Below are positions 36,891-44,186 of a stretch of 64,000 nt of DNA, piece by piece (position 1 is the first letter of the stretch; every line of letters begins with the position of its first letter). The position numbers were made by a program, and so were the translations under genes. The stretch is taken from positions 53,135 to 117,134 of the forward strand of contig CAUWAM010000002.1 of the NCBI GenBank assembly GCA_963556825.1. The letters run 5' to 3'. This DNA comes from an uncultured Clostridia bacterium (GTDB taxonomy: Bacteria > Bacillota > Clostridia > TANB77 > CAG-508). Under the pieces are notes generated by a model. That model saw only the letters and a list, made by a program, of their open reading frames with translations, searched no databases and was not told where the DNA came from.

Positions 36891-37598
36891 TTATTTTACT
36901 AAAGTTCCAATATGTTCACCTTTAACTGCTCTTACTATATTTTCTGGATCTGCTATTCCAAAAACCAATAATGGAATATTGTTATCTCTACATAATGCTG
37001 TAGCTGTTGAATCCATAACTTTTAAATCTTTTTCTAAAACTTCTAAATATGATATTTTGTCATATCTTTCTGCATTTGCATCTAATTTTGGATCAGCTGA
37101 ATATACAGCATCTATTGCTTTTCCTAATAAAATTATGTCTGCATTAATTTCTGTTGCTCTTAATACAGCTGCTGTATCTGTTGTAAAATATGGATGTCCT
37201 GTTCCACAAGCAAATATTACAACTCTACCTTTTCCTAAATGCTTTTCTGCCTTTCTAATTATAAATGGTTCTGCAATTTCTCTCATTTCGATTGCTGTTT
37301 GAACTCTTGAATTTACTCCTCTTGCTTCTAATGCATCTTGTAGAGCTAATCCATTCATTGCTGTTGCAAGCATTCCCATATAATCTGCTGTTGCTCTTTC
37401 CATTTGATGTCCATTTCTTCCTCTCCAGAAATTTCCTCCTCCTACAACGATTCCAACTTCAACTCCCATTTCTGTTACTTCTTTTATTTTATCACATATT
37501 TTTCCAATTGTTTCAGCGTTTACTCCTGTTTTGTTCTCTCCTGCTAGTGCTTCTCCACTTAGTTTTAAAAGCACTCTTTTGTATTTGGCTTTTGACAT
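36891..37598 (-). CDS. pyrH: UMP kinase
   Basis: [25 protein letters not shown]. Confidence 0.95.
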   Translation of the reverse strand: MSKAKYKRVLLKLSGEALAGENKTGVNAETIGKICDKIKEVTEMGVEVGIVVGGGNFWRGRNGHQMERATADYMGMLATAMNGLALQDALEARGVNSRVQTAIEMREIAEPFIIRKAEKHLGKGRVVIFACGTGHPYFTTDTAAVLRATEINADIILLGKAIDAVYSADPKLDANAERYDKISYLEVLEKDLKVMDSTATALCRDNNIPLLVFGIADPENIVRAVKGEHIGTLVK

Positions 37599-37736
37599 TT
37601 TTCCACTCTCCTTAAATATCTTTTTTATAATCGTATTCTATCATATATTTTTTTAAAAATATACCCTTTTGAGGAAATTTTTGGAATTTAATTTTTAATT
37701 TGCTTTTTTTAGTTATAAAATAGATTTTACAAAATA

Positions 37737-37770
37737 AAAAAGATAAAGTTTATTACAACATTATCTTTTT
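37737..37770 (-). terminator. terminator closing the pilin-like island
   Basis: AAAGATAA…TTATCTTT followed by a T run on the minus strand. Confidence 0.55.
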
Positions 37771-37844
37771 ATCAACTATTTATATTCGAAATTGATTGAT
37801 AGCTTGATGTTTCATTTTCAACTTCTTTTGTTTTTATAATATTA

Positions 37845-39164
37845 TTAATATTTATATCCTATTATTTTTACAGGAATACAAGTAAAATTAACTTTGTTTG
37901 TACTTCCCCAATAACTTGCTTTAGCTTTAAATGCAGTATAATTTACATATTCAAAATTTCTTTTAACTACTTTGTTCGAATATCCTGATCCTGATATTAA
38001 AGCAAAAGTATAACCTTTATAAACTCTTTGGACCTCATAATCTGGTTCAGTATTATAAAACTTAAATATAACATCAAAATAGTCATAATTGTCATTTGCC
38101 AAATTTATTATTTGTCCTTCCTCAAAAGACTTATATTCTTTATCTGGATTTTCCCATAAAGTTTGTCCTACTACTTGTGAATCTCCTGTTTCTTGTACTG
38201 TCATGTAATTATCAATATAACTTTCATATTTATAGCCTATTATTTTTACAGGAATACAAGTCTTATTATTTTTGCTTGTACTTCCCCAATAACTTGCTCC
38301 AGCTTTAAATGTAGTATCATTTACATATTCAAATTTTCTTCTAGCTACTTTGTTCGAATATCCTGATCCTGATATTAAAGAAAAAGTATAACCTTTATAA
38401 ACTCTTTGGACATAATAATCTGGTTCAGTATTATAATACTTAAATATAACATCAAAATAGTCATAATTGTCATTTGCTAAATTTATTGTTTGTCCTTCTT
38501 CAAAAGAGTTATATTCTTTATCTGAATTTTCCCATAAAGTTTGTACCACTACTTGTGAATCTCCTGTTTCTTGTGCTGTCATGTAATTATCAATATATCT
38601 TTCATATTTATAGCCTATTATTTTTACAGGAATACAAGTCTTATTATTTTTGCTTGTACTTCCCCAATAACTTGCTCCAGCTTTAAATGTAGTATCATTT
38701 ACATATTCAAATTTTCTTCTAGCTACTTTGTTCGAATATCCTGATCCTGATATTAAAGAAAAAGTATAACCTTTATAAACTCTTTGGACATAATAATCTG
38801 GTTCAGTATTATAATACTTAAATATAACATCAAAATAGTCATAATTGTCATTTGCTAAATTTATTGTTTGTCCTTCTTCAAAAGAGTTATATTCTTTATC
38901 TGAATTTTCCCATAAAGTTTGTACCACTACTTGTGAATCTCCTGTTTCTTGTGCTGTCATATAATTATCAATATATCTTTCATAATCATTTAATATTTTC
39001 TCTTCATTTTTTGTTGCATTTTCTGTTGCATTTTTTGCTTGTTTGGCATTTTCAAATAATCCTGTGTTTGTTATTGCTTGTATGCTTATTCCTGCTAATA
39101 TTAACAACAAAATTATTGTTATTACTAATGCTACAAGTGTTATACCTTTACTTTCACTTTTCAT
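37845..39164 (-). CDS. pilin-like-leader surface protein with three 126-aa tandem domains
   Basis: MKSESKGITLVALVITIILLLILAG leader, with RBS ggggga before the second ATG. Followed by 3 x 126-aa repeats. Confidence 0.7.
   Translation of the reverse strand: MKSESKGITLVALVITIILLLILAGISIQAITNTGLFENAKQAKNATENATKNEEKILNDYERYIDNYMTAQETGDSQVVVQTLWENSDKEYNSFEEGQTINLANDNYDYFDVIFKYYNTEPDYYVQRVYKGYTFSLISGSGYSNKVARRKFEYVNDTTFKAGASYWGSTSKNNKTCIPVKIIGYKYERYIDNYMTAQETGDSQVVVQTLWENSDKEYNSFEEGQTINLANDNYDYFDVIFKYYNTEPDYYVQRVYKGYTFSLISGSGYSNKVARRKFEYVNDTTFKAGASYWGSTSKNNKTCIPVKIIGYKYESYIDNYMTVQETGDSQVVGQTLWENPDKEYKSFEEGQIINLANDNYDYFDVIFKFYNTEPDYEVQRVYKGYTFALISGSGYSNKVVKRNFEYVNYTAFKAKASYWGSTNKVNFTCIPVKIIGYKY
37848..38981 (-). 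repeat. 3 x 378-bp in-frame tandem repeat
   Basis: Units are 38604-38981, 38226-38603 and 37848-38225. The first two look identical wherever I compared them at nucleotide level and encode identical protein. The third is diverged. Confidence 0.9.
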
Positions 39165-39218
39165 TTTCCATTCCCCCATTTTTATATTTATATTCTTTTA
39201 AATTGTTATTTTTTAAAG

Positions 39219-39279
39219 TCAAAAAGATAGCAATATTAACTTGTACCTAATTTTGATTTAAGTATAATATTCCTACCTT
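39219..39279 (-). terminator. leader hairpin plus T-run (attenuator-like), copy A
   Basis: Minus strand AAGGTAGGAATATTATACTT-(loop)-CAAGTTAATATTGCTATCTT then TTT. About 20-bp AT-rich stem with one mismatch and one bulge. Confidence 0.4.
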
Positions 39280-39352
39280 TTATTTTATTATTTACTAAAC
39301 CACCTATGCGTGTGTATATGTATATTCCCGCAACGATTATAGCGTTTTTCAT
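39236..39352 (-). CDS. candidate 38-codon leader ORF, copy A
   Basis: MKNAIIVAGIYIYTRIGGLVNNKIKGRNIILKSKLGTS. Weak RBS aaggaaaa. Its stop codon lies inside the 3' arm of the hairpin. Confidence 0.3.
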   Translation of the reverse strand: MKNAIIVAGIYIYTRIGGLVNNKIKGRNIILKSKLGTS

Positions 39353-39494
39353 TTTTATTTTCCTTTTCTTTTGTTTTGTTTCACTTTTAATATAAGTTAT
39401 ATTATCATATGTTATATATTTTTGTCAAGTAATTTATTCTAGAAGTATAGCATTTTGTTGTTAGTAAACAAGAAACCTCCCCTTTAATATAATT

Positions 39495-40832
39495 CTACTT
39501 AATATAAAGTACCACACGGAAACCGATGCCATGATGAGTGTGCATAACGGGGCAAACGCCGTAGCGGCGGCACGCAGGATCTCCGCTAGAATTGTCAAGG
39601 TAATCGCCTCCACGAATCACGCGGTATTGACCACTAGTTGCATGATGTGAATCTTCTTCTGTCCACTCCCATAAGTTACCTGCTATATCAAATATATGAT
39701 ATTTCTCTGTTGTTGCACTTGCACCTGTTGTTAATAAATCTCCTTTGTTTTCGTTACTAGTTACATAATCCTTTGTAGTAGATGTTTCTGTACTACCAAA
39801 CACTGGTAAGTACCAATAATTAGAAGAATAATATGCTGTTGCTTTTCTTCCTGTATATTCTATTGCTGTATTCTTATAATTTCCCCAAGAACTACTATTT
39901 GTCATATCAGAACTTGTTAAGTCTGTTTTATTTATTAATGTATTTAATATTACATCCCATTGTGTTCCTGTAATCAAACCACTACTTACATAATTGTTAT
40001 TATACATACTTTCTGCATTTGCTTTTGAATGTGTCCAATCTACAAAGTTCCAAGGTGCTAACCCTGCTTTACTTTGTGGTATTTTATATACATTATATAC
40101 TTGGTTATGTCCTGCACTTTTTTGTGTAGAAGTAAACTCTGACATATCACTCGCAAGTCCTGCTTCATATCTTCCTACATAAAATCCACCATATTTTTCT
40201 ATTTGTGATAATTCTGCTTTTGGTATTGTTGTATCCCATCCAGCATTTTGTTTTTCCCAAGATGTTTTTGTATATGCACTTGTTGAACAAGGTATCCATA
40301 CAAATTGATTTCCTGTTAAACTTGTTGTATATGCATATGTTGTTTTGTCTGTTGTTCCATCATATTTATCTGCTTCATTATCTGATATTATTACACCTGT
40401 ATCAAGATTTCCACCTACATAATAAAATCCGTATGGTACAGGTACGCTTTCTCCACCACCTACTGATACTGCATATACTGTTGCTACTTTTGTAACTTCT
40501 GTTGTTTCTAATCCATTGCTTGTTTTTATATATTTAACTGTTTCCGTTCCCCATTCATTTGGTAATTTTACTATTGTTCCTAGATCTTGTGGATCTTCTG
40601 TCGTATTTTCTGGTAAGTCTTTGTTATACTCTGCTAATTGTTTTTCTAATTCATTCAAACTTTGTTCTTCTGCAATTTGTGCATTAATATATTCTTGTTT
40701 TGCTTGTTGTGCTCTATTTATCAAGCCATTATCCCCCATTAGAGTTGCAATTGTTATTCCTGCTAATATTAACAACAAAATTATTGTAATTACTAACACT
40801 ACAAGTGTTATACCTTTACTTTTATTTTCCAT
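39495..40832 (-). CDS. pilin-like-leader protein with C-terminal FGE/SUMF1 (C-type-lectin-fold) domain
   Basis: MENKSKGITLVVLVITIILLLILAG leader. GGFYVGRYEAG, GNLWEWTEE, RGG…IGFRVV motifs. Confidence 0.8.
   Translation of the reverse strand: MENKSKGITLVVLVITIILLLILAGITIATLMGDNGLINRAQQAKQEYINAQIAEEQSLNELEKQLAEYNKDLPENTTEDPQDLGTIVKLPNEWGTETVKYIKTSNGLETTEVTKVATVYAVSVGGGESVPVPYGFYYVGGNLDTGVIISDNEADKYDGTTDKTTYAYTTSLTGNQFVWIPCSTSAYTKTSWEKQNAGWDTTIPKAELSQIEKYGGFYVGRYEAGLASDMSEFTSTQKSAGHNQVYNVYKIPQSKAGLAPWNFVDWTHSKANAESMYNNNYVSSGLITGTQWDVILNTLINKTDLTSSDMTNSSSWGNYKNTAIEYTGRKATAYYSSNYWYLPVFGSTETSTTKDYVTSNENKGDLLTTGASATTEKYHIFDIAGNLWEWTEEDSHHATSGQYRVIRGGDYLDNSSGDPACRRYGVCPVMHTHHGIGFRVVLYIK
39508..39640 (-). 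other. candidate DGR variable region (VR1)
   Basis: About 56% G+C by hand count over 39511-39630, in an AT-rich gene. 23 of 26 codons between RGG and IGFR are NNY. Confidence 0.4.
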
Positions 40833-40880
40833 TTTAGTCCTCCTTTTCTTTTTTTACTTTTAATACATATTTTTCCCTAC

Positions 40881-41990
40881 TTAATCTGATAATTTCAGTT
40901 GAACACTAGACTGAAGAGAAACTAGCGGGCAAAACGCACGATTGTGGTTAAAATTGCTGTAGTCCACATTGTTCACATTGCCCCCCAGAACAAACATCAC
41001 AGCGATATCGTTGCTAGATGAGGGAGATGCTAACCAGTAATATTGGTTACTTCCTGGCCAATACATGCTGTCTATTTGACTATCTGTTTGTACTGTATAA
41101 TTTGATGTATTAGTATAGTATCCATCTACTGCTTTTGAATTTGTTGTAGGACCAACTCCATATCCATAATTGCTACTATTATATGGATATTTATAAAATA
41201 ATCTTGTTCTTGGTGATGTTTCTGTTCTTTCTGTATTATCTGGTGTAGCATTTGTTAGATTATAATGAGTATTGAAACCATCCATCATCATTTCCAAACT
41301 TGGTGCCCCTACTATATAATTTACTTTACTTCCTATTTCTGTACTTGCTCCTGATGTTACTAAACCTTCCCAATTATTTGTATTTGTTAGCCATGTTACT
41401 GCTTTCATATTAGAATTAATAGATTTAGGTGGCGTTACTCCTGGCTTATATAATTCTGGATTTAAATTTCTTATTTTTATATTTTCTGCTGTATCAAAAC
41501 TTATATCTGTCATTGGCAAATTATAATTATTTGAAGTACAATCTGCTTTTAAGTATACTGTTCCTGCTCCATCTTTAAATTTATTGTCAAAATCAATATA
41601 ATATAGTCTATATGTTGTAGAAAATGTATAATTACTTGAACCTACTTCTACACTTTCCGTCCCACCTACGGTTTTATAATTTGTTACCTTTTTTCCTAAA
41701 TATTGTCCAAAGTTATCTTTGGTTAATATTACTTTACTTCCATTTGCTAGTGTTACTTCTACTCCACTTCCGCTATTTCCACCGTCTTGTTCTGTTATAT
41801 AGTCTGATAAATTTGAAAGCATTTGTTCTTCCTCTTGGGCTGTTTTTTTATATTCATCTATAGTTTTTTGGGCTTTAGCGATTATGCCTCCATCTGTCAT
41901 TTTTCTTATTACTACTGCTGACAAAATTAATAATATTACTATTGTGATTACTAACGCTACGAGTGTTATCCCTTTACTTTTATTTTCCAT
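40881..41990 (-). CDS. pilin-like-leader protein with DUF1566-like C-terminal module
   Basis: MENKSKGITLVALVITIVILLILS leader, with ggagg RBS before the internal ATG. C-terminus is YWLASPSSSNDIAVMFVLGGNVNNVDYSNFNHNRAFCPLVSL. Confidence 0.65.
   Translation of the reverse strand: MENKSKGITLVALVITIVILLILSAVVIRKMTDGGIIAKAQKTIDEYKKTAQEEEQMLSNLSDYITEQDGGNSGSGVEVTLANGSKVILTKDNFGQYLGKKVTNYKTVGGTESVEVGSSNYTFSTTYRLYYIDFDNKFKDGAGTVYLKADCTSNNYNLPMTDISFDTAENIKIRNLNPELYKPGVTPPKSINSNMKAVTWLTNTNNWEGLVTSGASTEIGSKVNYIVGAPSLEMMMDGFNTHYNLTNATPDNTERTETSPRTRLFYKYPYNSSNYGYGVGPTTNSKAVDGYYTNTSNYTVQTDSQIDSMYWPGSNQYYWLASPSSSNDIAVMFVLGGNVNNVDYSNFNHNRAFCPLVSLQSSVQLKLSD
40929..41012 (-). other. candidate DGR variable region (VR2), Asn-codon rich
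   Basis: About 47% G+C by hand count over 40921-41030. AAT/AAC/GAC/TAC/AGC/CAC/TGC codon run. Confidence 0.3.
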
Positions 41991-42046
41991 TTGCTCTTCC
42001 TCCATCATTTTTATATTTTCATCGTTTTAAATGTTGTTTTTTAACG

Positions 42047-42107
42047 TCAAAAAGATAGCAATATTAACTTGCACATGCTTTTGATACAAGTATAATATTC
42101 CTACCTT
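42047..42107 (-). terminator. leader hairpin plus T-run (attenuator-like), copy B
   Basis: Same arms as copy A (42088-42107 and 42052-71), a different loop, and a T5 run following. Confidence 0.4.
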
Positions 42108-42134
42108 TTATTTTATTATTTCTTTTTTTATTTA

Positions 42135-42200
42135 CTAAATTACCTGTGTGTGTGTGTGTGTGTGTGTGTGTACTCCCTCAACGATTATAGCGTTTTTCAT
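42135..42200 (-). CDS. leader ORF copy B, currently truncated by repeat-dependent frame
   Basis: MKNAIIVEGV(HT)4QVI* with (CA)13. The frame homologous to copy A would continue to a TAA at 42064-42066. Confidence 0.3.
   Translation of the reverse strand: MKNAIIVEGVHTHTHTHTQVI
42145..42170. repeat. (TG)13 / (CA)13 dinucleotide microsatellite
   Basis: 26 nt of perfect TG repeat. The homologous position in copy A is a degenerate gcgtgtgtatatgtatat. Confidence 0.95.
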
Positions 42201-42267
42201 CTTTATTTTCCTTTTCTTTTGTTTTATTATTCATATTGAAAACTTACTTCAAAAGTATCTTTTTCAA

Positions 42268-43146
42268 TTATTTTAATTGGTTCATTACTTCTTCTGCGAA
42301 GTTTTCTTCTTTTTTCTCAATTCCTTCACCTTTTTCAAATCTAGCAAATGAAATAATTTCTGCATCTTTTTCTGTTAATAATTGAGAAACTTTTTTGTTA
42401 GGATCTTTTACAAATGGTTGATCTACTAAACAAATTTCTTCATAGAATTTTCCAATTCTTCCTTGAACGATTTTTTCAGCTATTGCTTCTGGTTTTCCTT
42501 CGTTCATTGTTTGTATTTTTAAAATTTCCATTTCTTTTTGTACTCTTTCAGCTGGTACTTCGTCTTGTTTTACATATTCTGGTCTAGCTGCTGCTATTTG
42601 CATGCATATGTCTTTTGCAACTTCTTCTGTTCCTTTTGACATGTTTACTAAAACAGCGATTTTTCCATCACCATGGATATATTTTGCAACTAATCCTTCT
42701 GATTCAAATCTTGCAAATCTTCTTATTGATAGGTTTTCTCCTATTGTAGCAATTTTACCAACTAATGCTTCTTGAACTGTTTTTCCTTCTTCGAATTCTG
42801 CTGGTTGTGCTAATAATTCTTCAACATCTTTTGGATTTTTATCTACTACTTGTTTTGCTACATTTAAAACAAATGCTTTGAATTCAGCATTTTGTGCAAC
42901 GAAGTCTGTTTCTGAATTCACTTCTACTATTGCTCCAACTTTTCCATCTTCTGAAATGCAAGCTTCTACTAATCCTTCTGCTGCAATTCTTCCAGATTTT
43001 TTAGCTGCTTTTGCAATTCCTCTTTCTCTTAATAATTCCATTGCTTTTTCCATGTCTCCATCTGTTTCTGTTAAAACTTTTTTGCAGTCCATCATTCCTG
43101 CACCTGTTTTTTCTCTTAGTTCTTTTACTAAACTTGCTGTAACCAT
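42268..43146 (-). CDS. tsf: elongation factor Ts
   Basis: MVTASLVKELREKTGAGMMDCKKVL…; 292 aa. Confidence 0.95.
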   Translation of the reverse strand: MVTASLVKELREKTGAGMMDCKKVLTETDGDMEKAMELLRERGIAKAAKKSGRIAAEGLVEACISEDGKVGAIVEVNSETDFVAQNAEFKAFVLNVAKQVVDKNPKDVEELLAQPAEFEEGKTVQEALVGKIATIGENLSIRRFARFESEGLVAKYIHGDGKIAVLVNMSKGTEEVAKDICMQIAAARPEYVKQDEVPAERVQKEMEILKIQTMNEGKPEAIAEKIVQGRIGKFYEEICLVDQPFVKDPNKKVSQLLTEKDAEIISFARFEKGEGIEKKEENFAEEVMNQLK

Positions 43147-43269
43147 TTTTTTATTCCTCCTTATAAATATCTTTTATTTTATAATAAAATACCTAATTTT
43201 AAAGGGCTAGCTTGCTACGTCCGAATATCATCGCACGAGCGTTGCTCGCCCTTTCTATAATTTTTATAA

Positions 43270-44040
43270 TTATTCTTCTTCGCTAGCTGCTACAACTTCT
43301 TCCATTGATGCTGGTTCTTCTGAGATTTCTTCTGCTACTTCTTGAGCTTCGAAACTTTCTCCTTGTTTTCCTTCGATTATTGCATTTGCCATAACGTCTG
43401 CTATTAATTTAACTGCTCTTATAGCATCGTCATTTCCTGGTATAGCATAATCTACATCTTCTGGATTACAGTTTGTATCAACTAATCCAATTACTGGTAT
43501 ATTTAATTTTCTAGCTTCTAATATTGCTATTCTTTCTTTTTTAGGATCTACTAAGAATATAACTCCTGGTAATTTGTCCATTTCTTTGATTCCACCTAAG
43601 TTTCTTTCTAGTTTTTCCATTTCTTTTTTAAGTAATATTACTTCTTTTTTAGGTAACACTTCAAATGTTCCATCTTCTTGCATTGCTTCTAAGTCTTTTA
43701 ATCTTTGTACTCTTGCTCTGATAGTATCGAAGTTTGTTAACATTCCTCCTAACCATCTTTGATCAACATAGTACATTCCAGATTTGATTGCTGCTTCTTT
43801 CATGCACTCTTGTGCTTGTTTTTTAGTTCCTACGAATAGAACTGTTTTTCCTTCTTCTGCTTGTTCTTTTAAGAAAGCATAAGCTTCATCTAATTTTTTA
43901 GATGTTTTTTGTAAATCGATTATATGGATTCCGTTTCTAGCTTGGAATATATATTCAGCCATTTTAGGATCCCATCTTCTTGTTTGATGTCCAAAGTGAA
44001 CACCTGCTTCAAGTAATTGTTTCATTGCAACTACTGCCAT
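43270..44040 (-). CDS. rpsB: 30S ribosomal protein S2
   Basis: [27 protein letters not shown]. Strong RBS gggagga before the 44040 ATG; the tool's start at 44073 is less likely. Confidence 0.95.
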   Translation of the reverse strand: MAVVAMKQLLEAGVHFGHQTRRWDPKMAEYIFQARNGIHIIDLQKTSKKLDEAYAFLKEQAEEGKTVLFVGTKKQAQECMKEAAIKSGMYYVDQRWLGGMLTNFDTIRARVQRLKDLEAMQEDGTFEVLPKKEVILLKKEMEKLERNLGGIKEMDKLPGVIFLVDPKKERIAILEARKLNIPVIGLVDTNCNPEDVDYAIPGNDDAIRAVKLIADVMANAIIEGKQGESFEAQEVAEEISEEPASMEEVVAASEEE

Positions 44041-44148
44041 TTTAAATTCCTCCCTTTTTGTTTTTACTTCCATAAAGTTCTACATTTAAACCGGACCAAT
44101 TCTTGGCACACCCTTTTAAACTTGCTTTATGTGATTAATACGTTTTCT

Positions 44149-44177
44149 ATTATACCAACATTTTCCAATAAATGCAA
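44149..44177 (-). promoter_or_regulatory. rpsB promoter TTGCAT-17-(TGg)TATAAT
   Basis: -35 at 44172-44177, -10 at 44149-44154, with an extended TG. Confidence 0.6.
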
Positions 44178-44186
44178 GTGTTTTTT

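Noticed and set aside
37848-38981. Regular repeats that might be mistaken for a CRISPR array
   Set aside because: The period is 378 bp with no spacers, and the repeats are in frame within a protein-coding gene. No CRISPR array or cas gene is visible anywhere in the window.
39508-39640. GC-rich 3' patches as horizontally acquired foreign DNA or gene-conversion tracts
   Set aside because: Not fully excluded. However, the patches are only ~100-130 bp and coincide exactly with the variable loops of CLec-type scaffolds. They also show NNY codon structure, which fits DGR mutagenesis better than bulk foreign origin.
43201-43256. GC-rich rpsB-tsf spacer as a possible DGR template repeat
   Set aside because: It shows no sequence similarity to either candidate VR and is self-complementary, so it is better explained as an RNA structure.
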